DNA of 63,799 nt, filler included, from 22 parts of 22 records of this genome joined end to end with filler, not necessarily neighbours in it; one strand, 5' to 3'. Counted from the whole stretch's first letter, positions 22,519 through 34,312 are shown. Notes: generated by a model from the letters alone, not told the origin. Numbers and translations are program-made.

Positions 22519-23007
22519 TTATAAATCTAAAATGCTAAATGTTTCTGTATATGGAATATCAATATTGATAATAGCAAATTTTGGATTCACTCCTTTTTTT
22601 AACATCGAAAGAGTAGTTTTTGATCTTATATCTGAAGTAACAAAATGTGTAATTGATTTATCAAGATCTGCTTGAGCAAATAATTTTGAATCATTTGGTA
22701 TTATTGCTCTTGGAGAAAGAGTTTTTAAACTCACTTTTTTCTCAGCGAACAAGATTTTAGCAAACTCACCTGTTCTTTCAGCTTCTTTTAAGTTAAATGG
22801 AAGAATTTGTATGTTTTTAAGAGGTAATTCGTCAATATTTCCTAAAACACAATATTCTGCTATAGTAATTGTAGATACTTTCAGTATTATTTTTTGCTCT
22901 AAAAAATATCTAAAATAATTAACTGCTTTTATATGAAGAGGATCATTATCATTTAATAGCCGAATAAAGAAACTTGTGTCAAGTAAAACGCTTGGATTAT
23001 GCTTCAT
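22519..23007 (-). CDS. PIN-domain (VapC-like) ribonuclease
   Basis: VLLDTSFFI, STITIAEY, NDSKLFAQA and FVTSD provide the four acidic catalytic positions. Confidence 0.85.
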   Translation of the reverse strand: MKHNPSVLLDTSFFIRLLNDNDPLHIKAVNYFRYFLEQKIILKVSTITIAEYCVLGNIDELPLKNIQILPFNLKEAERTGEFAKILFAEKKVSLKTLSPRAIIPNDSKLFAQADLDKSITHFVTSDIRSKTTLSMLKKGVNPKFAIINIDIPYTETFSILDL

Positions 23008-23776
23008 AATTGCCTCTCAAATTTATTAACCATTCGTCTGGGTTGACTTGACTAAGTTTGTTCTTGGCTTTTGAAATTAATCCGTCTAGATAAGCCTTGT
23101 CAAATTTAGGTGTATAATCAATTAATTCAAGTAGTTTTAATGATTTAGTGTCAATTTCTCCAGTTTCAATATTTTGTTTTCCACTAGTTCTAACTCCAAA
23201 TTTTTTATACAATAAATTTTCTTCTCTGTTTTTTAAAAATTTTTCACCAGTTTCAATCGATAAATATCCGTAATCATTTGTGTCTAAATGAATGTTTGCT
23301 TTGCTTTTTCCTCCAGCGTCTTTTAAGATGCCATAAAAATAAAACTCAGCTTCTATCCAAATATTCTCAGTTCTTAAAAACTTCGTATTTGGAGTAATAT
23401 TCAGTTCGTAATCTGTATTTAATGATGTTTTAATTTGAAATTCGTAATTTTTTTGTCTTGATAAGTTTTGTATGTTTTCAAGAGCACTTGCAGTTTTAAA
23501 TTCAAGAAAATCTATGGAATTATTTGATTGAATTTGTGTTAAAATAGCACTAAAACCAATTACAGTTTGAATTGATGTTTTAAAAATATGTCTAACGGAA
23601 CCTTCTTTAAGATCGTATGTTATTAAAGGTCGTTCTTTTTTGTTTGTTGGGTATAATAAGTCCTCAACATTTTGCAGAATTGCTGCAATATCTTTAATGT
23701 CATAATTGTCAGGTTTTAATTCTTGATTACCTAATTTTCCGACAACTCTTATTTCTATGTCTCCAATTTTTTCCAC
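22997..23776 (-). CDS. Uncharacterised 259-aa protein coupled to the PIN gene
   Basis: Clean ORF with GTG start. Its stop overlaps the PIN start by 11 nt (ATGAAGCATAA). Confidence 0.85.
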   Translation of the reverse strand: MEKIGDIEIRVVGKLGNQELKPDNYDIKDIAAILQNVEDLLYPTNKKERPLITYDLKEGSVRHIFKTSIQTVIGFSAILTQIQSNNSIDFLEFKTASALENIQNLSRQKNYEFQIKTSLNTDYELNITPNTKFLRTENIWIEAEFYFYGILKDAGGKSKANIHLDTNDYGYLSIETGEKFLKNREENLLYKKFGVRTSGKQNIETGEIDTKSLKLLELIDYTPKFDKAYLDGLISKAKNKLSQVNPDEWLINLRGNYEA

Positions 23777-23780
23777 AGTT

Positions 23781-23788
23781 CAAATTTA
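23781..23788 (-). promoter_or_regulatory. Bacteroidetes -7 element directly before the GTG start
   Basis: Minus strand cgTAAATTTGaactGTG. Confidence 0.6.
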
Positions 23789-23990
23789 CGAAAATTAATA
23801 TTATAAATTTTTTTTGAGTTAGTAATTTAGTTCCCGTAATTAATTTAGCTGAGAATCAAATGATTAGATTCTTATTTGTTTGATAAAAAAGGAAACATCT
23901 TGATAGAATAGTTTAAATATTTAACCTCAATTTATATAAGTGGCTGAAAATCAAGTTCAACAAGAATTTAATTTATGTCGCTTAAGTATA

Positions 23991-24065
23991 TATACTCTGC
24001 CTCTTTATAAACCCAAAGCCTTTTTTACCAAACGTAAAGAATTCTCAGATAAATTTAGGGTCAAT
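23991..24065 (+). mobile_element. IS-like terminus (TATACTCTGCCTCTTTATAAACCC) running into the contig end
   Basis: Similar to 51706 (TATACTCCGCCCCCTTAGAAACCC). Confidence 0.55.
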
Positions 24066-24167
24066 NNNNNNNNNNNNNNNNNNNNNNNNNNNNNNNNNNN
24101 NNNNNNNNNTTAATTAATTAANNNNNNNNNNNNNNNNNNNNNNNNNNNNNNNNNNNNNNNNNNNNAA

Positions 24168-26270
24168 AACCTTAAAATTGCAATTCCAATACTTCTCCTT
24201 ACAGGATTCTTATTTGGGTTTACACTAAGTACAAATCCTAATCCAAAAAAAGACAAAGTTTTGGTCGGTATTCTTCGTTATATTTTAAAAAATGGACATT
24301 ATGAACCAAAAGATATTGATGACAATTTTTCGAAAGCTGTTTATAAAAATTTTATTGATGGAGTAGATCCTATTCGAAGATATTTCACTCAAAAAGACCT
24401 TCAAGAATTTTCTACTTTTGAAACTAAAATTGACAACCAACTAAAAAGAGAAGATCTTTCTTTTTACAACTTGGTCATGGATCGTTTTCAAATACGTTTA
24501 GAAGAATCTTCAACCTATTACAAAGAAATTTTAAGCCGTAAATTTGATTTTAACAAAAAAGAGGGCATTAATGTCAACTATGAAGAATTGGAATTTGCTA
24601 AAGACCAAAATGAATTGATTGATTTTTGGAGAAAGCAATTGAAGTTTAACACACTTAACAGATTGCAAATTTTGTTAGAACTAGATATCGAAAAATTTGA
24701 GGAAGACAGTACTTATGTGAAAAAATCTTTTCAAGAAATAGAGATAGAAGCTCGGGAAAAAACACTTGAAAACTTGAATGATTTCTACAAACGCATCAAC
24801 GATTTAGACCATACCGATTGGTTTTCTACATTCGTAAATAGTATTGTTGAAGAATTTGACCCACATACAACCTACTTTGCTCCTAAAGCAAAAGAGCAAT
24901 TTGACATCAATATTTCGGGTAAAATTGAAGGAATTGGAGCTAGACTTCAAGAAAAAAATGATTACACCAAAATTGTGGAATTGATTTCTGGAGGTCCTGC
25001 ATGGAAGCAAGGCGACTTAGAAGTTGGAGATATCATTTTAAGAGTTGCACAGGCTGGTAAAGAAGGTAAAGATCTTGTGGGAATGCGATTGGATAATTCC
25101 ATTAAATTGATCAAAGGTAAGAAAGGTACTGAAGTCATTCTTACCGTAAAAAAAGTAGACAATTCTATCCAAGAAATTTCTATCGTCAGAGATGTGGTTG
25201 AACTGGAAGAAACGTTTGTAAAATCTAGTATTGCTATTAAAGAAGGGAAGAAATATGGAATTATTAGCCTTCCAAAATTTTACATCAATTTTGAGGATAC
25301 CGATTTCAGAGACTCTGCTTCTGACATGGAACGAGAGATAGAACTCCTTAAAGAAGAAAATATTGAAGGTTTACTTATTGATTTAAGGAATAACGGAGGG
25401 GGTTCTTTAAAAACCGCTATTGAAATAGGGGGACTTTTTATAGACAAAGGAGCTATAGTACAAGTAAAATACAGAGGCAACAAACCTTCTGTAAAAAAGG
25501 ATACCGATTCAAAAATTCAATGGGATGGACCTCTGGTAATTTTAGTCAACGAACTTTCGGCATCTGCTTCTGAAATATTAGCCGCAGCAATGCAAGACTA
25601 TAAAAGAGCCATCATTATTGGAAGTAACCAAACCTATGGAAAAGGAACTGTTCAAAATGTAATTCCTTTGAATAAATATTACAGTTACCCAGAAGACTTA
25701 GGAGCTGTAAAATTAACTATTCAAAAATTTTATAGAATCAATGGGGGTTCTACGCAATTGGAAGGGGTTCGACCTGACATTACAATGCCAAGTAAATATA
25801 GTTATGTAAAAATTGGAGAAAGAGACCAACCCAATCCGTTGGGATGGGACAAAATAGAACAGGCTTCCTTTAGTGAAATGAATTATTATGATAATTTTGA
25901 TGAGGTTATTAACAATAGTAAAAACAGAATCTCTCTGAGTCGTGAATTTATTTTAATCGACACCTATGCAAAATGGTTAAAAGAAGGAAAAGACAAATCT
26001 TTGTTTTCTTTAAATTTTAAAGATTCCACCAAAGAACATGACGAGCTTGAAAAACGGATTGAAGCGTTTAAAGATGTTTTTAAACACGAATCTGGACTTG
26101 AATTTAGTTCCTCTGCTTCCGAATTGGTTTTGATAAAAGAGGATACTATTTTAGGAGATAAAAGAAATGCCTGGCATCAAAACTTAAAAGAAGATATTTA
26201 CATAGAGGAATCCATAAATGTGTTAAGTGAATTAAAAAAAAGACAATCTTCGTTAATTGTCAAAAAATAA
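24168..26270 (+). CDS. prc: Carboxy-terminal processing protease (S41, Prc/Tsp type), first codons missing
   Basis: DPHTTYF, PDZ GIGA, DLRNNGGG, SASASEI, GKGTVQ. Signal-like hydrophobic stretch is in frame from the contig edge. Confidence 0.92.
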   Translation, partial: NLKIAIPILLLTGFLFGFTLSTNPNPKKDKVLVGILRYILKNGHYEPKDIDDNFSKAVYKNFIDGVDPIRRYFTQKDLQEFSTFETKIDNQLKREDLSFYNLVMDRFQIRLEESSTYYKEILSRKFDFNKKEGINVNYEELEFAKDQNELIDFWRKQLKFNTLNRLQILLELDIEKFEEDSTYVKKSFQEIEIEAREKTLENLNDFYKRINDLDHTDWFSTFVNSIVEEFDPHTTYFAPKAKEQFDINISGKIEGIGARLQEKNDYTKIVELISGGPAWKQGDLEVGDIILRVAQAGKEGKDLVGMRLDNSIKLIKGKKGTEVILTVKKVDNSIQEISIVRDVVELEETFVKSSIAIKEGKKYGIISLPKFYINFEDTDFRDSASDMEREIELLKEENIEGLLIDLRNNGGGSLKTAIEIGGLFIDKGAIVQVKYRGNKPSVKKDTDSKIQWDGPLVILVNELSASASEILAAAMQDYKRAIIIGSNQTYGKGTVQNVIPLNKYYSYPEDLGAVKLTIQKFYRINGGSTQLEGVRPDITMPSKYSYVKIGERDQPNPLGWDKIEQASFSEMNYYDNFDEVINNSKNRISLSREFILIDTYAKWLKEGKDKSLFSLNFKDSTKEHDELEKRIEAFKDVFKHESGLEFSSSASELVLIKEDTILGDKRNAWHQNLKEDIYIEESINVLSELKKRQSSLIVKK

Positions 26271-26280
26271 GAATTCCTAT

Positions 26281-27363
26281 ATGAGAAAACATTCAAATTC
26301 TCTCACATCGGTAGCACTCCAGAAGTTTAAAAAAAACACGACTGGAGTGTTGTCTTTTTGGTATATCTTCTGTTGCGGATTGATCGCCGTTTTCTGTTAT
26401 CTTTTAAGTCCTGACAATTCTAGCAATGCCAATCAAATGCATTTAGAAATCCATTCTAAAAAACCTGGATTTACGGTTCAAATGCTTGAAATTCCCGTAG
26501 AGTCTAAGCAGTCTTTTTTCAGTTATCTTCTTTATGGAAAAGAAAAACCCACCACTGAGATCCCTATTTCTACTTATCGAATACAGGACGAACATTTAAT
26601 CGTTCAAAAAATGGCCACGAAAACCATTGAACACAAGTATCCTCTAACTCTTTTTGAGAGTCCTATAGAAAATTATATTAAAAATAAAACCTATTATTTT
26701 GGAACAGACAGGTATGGTAGAGATTTACTAAGTAGAATGCTTATCGGTACTCGAATTTCCTTTTTTATTGGTTTTATTGCCGTATTTATTTCTTTGTTTT
26801 TGGGAATAAGCATGGGTGCTGTCGCTGGATATTTTGGAGGAAAAACAGATGCTTTTATTATGTGGATTATCAATATTACTTGGTCTATTCCTACACTATT
26901 GTTGGTCATCGCTATTACGCTTGCCTTGGGAAAAGGTTTCTGGCAAGTCTTTATTGCTGTGGGATTAACCATGTGGGTAGAAGTTGCTCGTGTGGTAAGA
27001 GGTCAGGTTCTAAGTATTCAAAAAATGCAATATGTAGAAGCCGCAAAAGCGTTGGGTTTTTCAAGTTTCAGAATCATCTTTAAACACATATTACCCAATA
27101 TTCTAGCTCCAATTATTGTCATTTCTGCAGCCAATTTTGCGGCTTCTATTTTGATTGAAAGCGGACTCAGTTTTTTAGGTATCGGTGCACAACCTCCTAG
27201 TCCTTCTTGGGGGGGCATTATCAAAGATCATTTTAGCTATGTCATTCTAGGAAAGCCTTATCTGGCAATAATCCCTGGTATTGCTATCATGAGTCTCGTC
27301 ATGGCATTTATGTTAACTGGAAATGCGCTGAGAGACGCTTTGGATGTCAAAGAGAATTCGTAA
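26281..27363 (+). CDS. ABC transporter permease, OppC/DppC family
   Basis: GTDRYGRDLLSR, EAA loop YVEAAKALG, ESGLSFLGIG, PSWG. ATG at 26281. Confidence 0.92.
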   Translation: MRKHSNSLTSVALQKFKKNTTGVLSFWYIFCCGLIAVFCYLLSPDNSSNANQMHLEIHSKKPGFTVQMLEIPVESKQSFFSYLLYGKEKPTTEIPISTYRIQDEHLIVQKMATKTIEHKYPLTLFESPIENYIKNKTYYFGTDRYGRDLLSRMLIGTRISFFIGFIAVFISLFLGISMGAVAGYFGGKTDAFIMWIINITWSIPTLLLVIAITLALGKGFWQVFIAVGLTMWVEVARVVRGQVLSIQKMQYVEAAKALGFSSFRIIFKHILPNILAPIIVISAANFAASILIESGLSFLGIGAQPPSPSWGGIIKDHFSYVILGKPYLAIIPGIAIMSLVMAFMLTGNALRDALDVKENS

Positions 27364-27374
27364 AAAATCTATTC

Positions 27375-27420
27375 TTTTTTTATCTTGCAGTCTTTTTTTT
27401 GTCTTGCAGTCTGGATGTCA
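27375..27420 (+). repeat. Two tandem TTTTTT(G/A)TCTTGCAGTC copies at the contig end
   Basis: tttttttatcttgcagtc-ttttttttgtcttgcagtc. Confidence 0.75.
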
Positions 27421-27771
27421 NNNNNNNNNNNNNNNNNNNNNNNNNNNNNNNNNNNNNNNNNNNNTTAATTAATTAANNNNNNNNNNNNNNNNNNNNNNNN
27501 NNNNNNNNNNNNNNNNNNNNTATACTTTCATAGAGTTTTGGTCTGGATATAACACCATAAAGGTAGCTATCAACAAAATTCCCATTATTACGTAAACATT
27601 GGTCGTGTGTAGGGTGGTGATGGGATGTATGCGAGGCTGGCAGATACCAACAATGTTTAAGTCAATGTGGGGTCCTTTATAATAATTATGCCCACGAAAA
27701 GTTTTATGTAATGCGTACGGGAGTCAAAAATTACAATATTATGTTCCTGTAAATAGTGAATGGTCGCTTAC

Positions 27772-28970
27772 CTTGGGCCCAGTGGAACTCGGTTGTCCAG
27801 AGAGCCAATTCAAATAATTTACTGGCGATTCATCGGTCCATTTCCATATATCACTATCTTTTGCCAATCCAGTGTAACAAGCACCAGAGCATGCGGCATC
27901 AGCAAGTTCATTTTCAATTGAGTTATGAATTGTTGCTAGTGTCGCATTTAACAACCCACAATTTGCTACACCCTCCGCATAAGTCCCCGAAGCGGGAAAT
28001 TCCAAATATACGCCTAAAATGAACGGAAAACATCAATTGTCGACATTGCACGGCCAAAAACGTTTTAATTTGAACTGAAATAACTTTTGTTATATATTTT
28101 TTTCGCACAATTTTTCCTCTAAATCACGATTCTCCGCACGAATGCGATTTCTAGAATAACGATTCTGATAGATTTCACGCATCATCCATCATACTTGGAA
28201 AGATCATATGTGAATTTGCTTTGTTTTTTACTGTTCATTTGAGAAAATGTTACTTTCACATTCAAGATTTGCTCAAAATTCATATATCATGGAAAACTTG
28301 GAATCTAGGTAAAATATTAGATAATGCCGTATGGCACAATTGTATTTATTCCGCAAAAATGATTTATAGCAAGAAGTTGCTATATCAATCAATTCAAACC
28401 TCAAGCATTTGCAATTGTTTGGTGCGAATTTGAGTAATGGCGCTGAAAATGAACATAAAACTGGCAAATGAAATAACGCTCAAATTCGAATTCAAAACGA
28501 AATTGACCTGGTGTGTAACTATATTAAAAAGTATAATAGTGGTCGAAAAAAGTTCCGCACCACAATTAATTAAAAAATTATTCAGTTCAAATTAAAATAA
28601 CTACTCTCACAATGCAAAAAATATAAAATGGCGAAAAATCCCCCAACACCACAACAACTACCAAAACCCCACACCCACACCATTTATTAAACATGGTTAT
28701 ACGTACTGCAACATTTATATCTAACTTTGTAATCTGAACAGCCGTTTACATTATCTTCATTTGAACAAACCAATCCACCGCTGAGTGTACAAGGACGTCT
28801 TAAAACCTCCCCGGTTTGATGGTAATGTATAGTTTCATTCGATGCTAATACGCATTCAATGCCCACCGGTAATGCGCACCCTATTGTAGTCACAGGAGCA
28901 TCTTCTTTGCCTTCCCAGTCCGATGCGCCACCGTCATTGTCGCTGTTAATCCATTCACTCCAAGTGCAAC
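27772..28970 (-). CDS. Eukaryotic extracellular protein, partial: WxxW (mucin-type) exon 28970-28707 + C-type lectin exon 28013-27772
   Basis: CTWSEW...GLVC.N....CSDYKVRYKC, then LATI...CYTGL...WKWTD..VNYLNW..GQP. Phase-1 GT-AG intron 28706-28014 splices in frame. Confidence 0.85.
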
Positions 28971-30025
28971 CTGAGTTAAAGAACCATACGATATCACAAT
29001 GGAAAAGAACTTTTTTTGAATATTGACACAATTTTGTGGATGTTACGGCCGTTAAACAAATGTTTTTCTATGACATGTAAAATCACACTTTCAAAAGCTG
29101 AAATCATTAAAATTTTTGGTACAAAATATGGAATTGAATATGTAATTTTTTATTGCCTTTCCTGTTTCTGCTGAAATTTTGCTCAATTAAAAAAGAAAAC
29201 AATGTAAAGACTATTCGCAAAAATTTTACAGAAAGCAAGAAAAATATTAGAAATTGCTTTTAAAAGATGTTTTACATTTTTCCGCAAAGTTCTGAAATGT
29301 CAAAATTGTGTTAATTTCCAACGTGTGACATTTTGAGTATTTAACAGAGCAAGGTCGAAAAGATTGGCAAGAAATATACTCTGACATCTGTGTGGCAATA
29401 TAAATACAAGAAATTTGATAAAGATAATATATTTTACATAAACATGCACAAAAATACACAAAAATCACAACCAGCATTTCAAAAGAACAAAATATTTATC
29501 TCTGAACTGCATAGTAGTTATTTCAGAATCCACAAACATCCGACACAGAATGGAGTTGACACAGTGATTTCTTTTTCCAACACTCTCTATGTTTTTAAGG
29601 GTACACGCAAAATATATTGCCTTGAATACTTAACCCTAGTTTTGAAAGGTAGCATATGGTATTAGGTTACAATTATGGGACTTTTTTTCACATTTTAGCA
29701 CTAAAGCGTACTTTGATATCTAGATTTCAANNNNNNNNNNNNNNNNNNNNNNNNNNNNNNNNNNNNNNNNNNNNTTAATTAATTAANNNNNNNNNNNNNN
29801 NNNNNNNNNNNNNNNNNNNNNNNNNNNNNNTTAAAGAATTTTAAAAAAATGACGGAATAAAAAAAGACAGAAAAGATGAATAATAAAGCGAAGTAAATAT
29901 ATACGCTTTCAAGGGAACACATGTTTTTCGACCAAGCTCTACCAAAGACATGCTAACCCGAAAAGATTATATGAAAACTTGGAATGTTACACAGGACACA
30001 TAAAAATCAGAGTAAATTCTACTAC

Positions 30026-30124
30026 CTTAACGACAAGTGGTAATTCTGTAGGATCAGAGAGAAGTTTCTCTTCGGCCCCCTTTGATGCAATATTCGGATG
30101 GTAATTCATTGGCACTAATGGAAT
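30026..30124 (-). CDS. Possible isolated 99-nt exon
   Basis: ttttag acceptor, open frame IPLVPMNYHPNIASKGAEEKLLSDPTELPLVVK, AAG|gt donor. Confidence 0.3.
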
Positions 30125-33100
30125 CTAAAATTAAACCAGAAACACAAAACAAATTCGTCGCTGTCTATAAACGATATTACTGTACTATCTTGAGTCGTAA
30201 CCATCTACAACACCCACCTTTGCAACCACACTTCACATAACCATTCACCCTTGTACGTACACACATGTTGCTCCTTGCATATATCCACCATCACACCCCC
30301 TCTAACTTTGAAAAAAAGTAAAGAAAATTTCAGGGGTGACTACGACTCGGAACTTTACACTATTGGAAAAACCGAAACTATTTTTTTTAAATTTGAAAGC
30401 ATAAAAAACGACTATGAGAGTAGACGTGGGTAGTTCTTACTATGTTCCTGTATATATGTGATTTTTACATACCCTCCCTCGATTACGAAATGCTGCGCGT
30501 GATCGTGGGTGTCCAAGTTTATTCATTTCTGCATAAACGAGCGCCCGATGCATACACTAAACAAATAATCAGGCACAAAGTCCTTTGTCAGATCGGAAGA
30601 GTGTTGACCAAACACCGCGGAGTGGGTATGTTATTTAGTTCGGTGGTCATTAACGTTTTTGTGTGTACAAATTCCTCCATATCTCCAAAAGGAACAAATA
30701 AACACTTTTTGCAACTCATTCAACTGTTCAAATACTGACACTCAATTTGCATATGACGAGTGTTCAAAAATAAAAGTCTATCTAGACGTCTATAAAAACA
30801 ACCGAAAAGGGCAGAGTACAACAGTGTACTGGGAACAACAACTCCGTCACAAAAAACTTAATGGATGCACATTTAAAAAACAAACCAAAACTTTCCAATT
30901 TTCGAAGCGGTAGGCGGTGTTATTCATTGATATGGACTCATGAGAATGAGCGTAATTTTTGTTTCACAAATTTTGAAGCCGAGCTGTGCACGTGTACGTC
31001 ATTCCAAACAAAAATGGATCCAAACACACACTTGTTCCTGAAAGTCAAGAAGTGGAGTATTTCAAAAAAAAAATGTTTTCACACTAAAATTTTAAGGGAA
31101 AAATCACAAGAGTCAACATCCTCCCATAGATTTGATTATTTGTTAATTTTTTCAACCAGTACGGAAAATAAATACTAACGATGCATGGTGTGTACAACTT
31201 TGATGCACATCGCAACAATAAGAAGTCGTTTCAAGAAAATGAAAGAAAATACTCTCCACCACTCGTGCTCAAACATTTTCTACTCGCGCCGGAAAGCTAT
31301 AACTAAACCTCGTATCTGGAAAAGCACTCGTTTCCAGCCACGCGCGATGGAAATAACATTCCTTGTATTCATAATGCGCTGTGAGTAGACAATGGTCTCC
31401 CTTGGGGAAAAATATAATATTTTTCAGACTCGTAATTTGGGCAAAACACGATGTAAGTTTTTCGGGTGTTTTCAGTCCTGTCAAATTCTAAACTACAAAC
31501 CAACATAAAACGTTGGTATTTCGTTAAAATTCGATTTTAAGGTTAAAGAGACAGACAAAACTCCGAACAACAATTTTCAAATAAAAAAACATAGCAAGAT
31601 TTTCTCCCCTGTGCTTTTAATATTTGCGTGCCAAGATTCCACGCGCTTTCGAGACCGTTGTTATCCGGTTTCAATGAGACACATAAATTTATTTTTCACT
31701 ACAAACACTGTCAAACAGACACATACCATGAAAATAGAGAACAAGCTATTAACTGCAGGAATATTTGCGAACATCATGCCTAAAAACATAAAAACAACGT
31801 ACGCATGTCACAAGAATGGACAAACCATTCAGATACCCCCTTCAAAAAAATGGTGTTATCATTTTCAAAACACTTTGCAAAAATACTCTTGGGTTGCAAT
31901 TTCGGTCTTAATGTAGGGGACTGTCTAAGGATTTCAAAAAGCAACGTTNNNNNNNNNNNNNNNNNNNNNNNNNNNNNNNNNNNNNNNNNNNNTTAATTAA
32001 TTAANNNNNNNNNNNNNNNNNNNNNNNNNNNNNNNNNNNNNNNNNNNNTTTTACCCTAAGCTCGGCTAGTCCAAGAGGAAAAATAATAAAGATAAAACTA
32101 GCCGATATTACAATTTCATCTGAAACCTAATTTTCACAACCTTCATCCAAATTTTGAAAGATGTCGAATTTTCTCGCATTTCCAAAGAAACCCGTCACGC
32201 AAATAGAAATGTTACGTCGTTCGTTTTTGCAGTTTTTCAAATTCACAATGAAGAAAAGCAAAGGCATAACCTTCTGTCGTTGCTTTGAGCGAACTACGTC
32301 ATCACATCACTTACCCATGTCCATAACTCCCATAAGACGACGAAAGCGCGCGCGTTCCTAAAGCCACCACAAATTATGGGTATTGCAAAAAACCACAATT
32401 ACTCTAACAACGAACCGTTAGCTCGGCTGAGAAGCTTGCTAGCGCGTCGAACCGCCTTGCACCTGAAATTGAGCATTGCAACTTTATTGATTGGGTCAAT
32501 GATTATATCTATTCCGTCAATAAATGTAACATTAAATTGATGCTTACATAAGAATTCCCACGCAATTTTCCTATACACCCGTGTACAATTTTCCACGTGA
32601 CCTCAAAAGTCACATCCCTCCGAACCACCAATTTCGCATTATCACTACAAAGAAAATCTTTTTTGCTCTCTGAACAAGAAGAAAAATCCTCCCACTCTCG
32701 AAAGTTTCAGCAGAAAATTAAAAAAAAATGCTTCACACACATTCTCACATTTCCTTGGATCCATTTGGTTTTGATGTGTCCAAGAAAAACATGAACATGA
32801 ATGATAATGATTTGTTGGATGATGTACAATGCCAAAATAGGCTCGAAACTCTGCAAGGGCCACTCATGTTACAAGATAATGCAAGTCAGGTGAGCGTCAT
32901 GTTTTTGATGGGGGTGGCTCGCCGTTTTCAATTAATTTTGTGTCCAGTGGCTTTTTCTTCACCATGTGATATTTTTTGGGTTCCAATTTTAGGATTAAGC
33001 ATTTCGTGTTGGAGGATCAAAATTTTTTCGAGAATCTAATGTCAAGAAAGAAAACCCAAAATAACACCTATTTCACAATCAAATTATGAGCAGAAATAAG

Positions 33101-33798
33101 TGAAAACCGTTGTGTGTGTGTTTAAAAAAAAAAACCTCTTTCTTCGTTGAAAAGGCTATTTAGCAAGACAATTTCACAATTTCGGAAACGCAAAAAGTTA
33201 TATTTTTATTTTGGTGAAGTGGTGATATTTCTTCTGTCCACAGATGCTCAGTGAAAAAAATGAATAGAAATCCAAAAATACGAATGTAAAGCCACATGTG
33301 ATGTCAGAAAATACGTGTTTGAACCTTTTGTTTTGCTCGACCTTTGGCTAATGTCCCACCCAAACGTTTTTATCGCGCCTGTTTAGTTCAATTTTTCTTT
33401 ATGTGTGTTGTTTTAATCCACTCGGGACCACAAGTCGAACACCGTTGTTTGAATAAGCACTTGGAAATCTTTTCGGTGCGGCGAATGGCTGGTGAAGTCG
33501 CTTAACACCCGCAAACATTCCATAGAATAGCTCTTTACTGTAGTAACATTTGGGTCAGAAAACAGAAAACGTTTTTATGAAAAGTGTGCGAGATTTCTTT
33601 GAGCTACTGTGGTTTTTGCAGTTTTTAATTTTCGTTCAGTTCTTTTTTTTCAGTTCGCCGTTCGCTTGTACCATTATTTCGGACTCTTTCTACCACCTCC
33701 ACATCCTCCACACCAAAAAACTAAAAACTTGCTGCCTGGTGGGTATACGCTCGGCTTTGAACGCGCTTTTGAGACTTACTCGCTCGCGCTTCGCCGGC

Positions 33799-34071
33799 TG
33801 TTTCGGGTAGTTGCCGCCTTCCGAAAGGAAAAGTGAGATAGTGTACGTCACGAGATTGCCACATTGGTGAAATTGAGTAGGGAGGCCCGGCCGGGTCAGG
33901 AGGTGGTATCCTTTGCGAATCTGACCGAGTCAGGTGCGCATCTGGTCGGGTGAGGCGTTTCGAGCTGCGGGGGTGAAAAGAGCGTCCATCTGGCCGGATC
34001 AAGAGGTTACACGATGCTGTGAGGGGGAGGAGGAGGGGCGAGTCTCGCAGGATATAGCTTTTCCCGACACA
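33799..34071 (+). ncRNA. Candidate structured RNA / GC-rich island of unknown class
   Basis: Nested complementary segments (see findings). No known family motif identified. Confidence 0.25.
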
Positions 34072-34262
34072 CCACTCATGTTATTTCTCTCTTTGAAAAA
34101 AAAAATAGTTTGACGCCATTTTGGTATCACTCTCTTTTGTAGCGAAGCGAAACGAGTGTTGCTTATTTACTGGGTGTATAATATTTTTCTTCGCATTTCA
34201 CCGTTCTTAATCTAATATTGTCGTTTCTTGAAGAAGAAAAAAGTGCGATCCTCGAGAATCGA

Positions 34263-34312
34263 TCCCCACTCCCTTCCCCTTCCCCACTCCCTTCCCCTTC
34301 CCCACTCCCTCC
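34263..34312. repeat. 18-bp pyrimidine-rich tandem repeat, ~2.7 copies
   Basis: tccccactcccttcccct repeated. Confidence 0.8.

Noticed and set aside
33890..34079. Antizyme-like +1 frameshift (TCC TGA) on the minus strand
   Set aside because: No ATG opens the frame ending in TCC TGA, and the downstream frames show no antizyme similarity.
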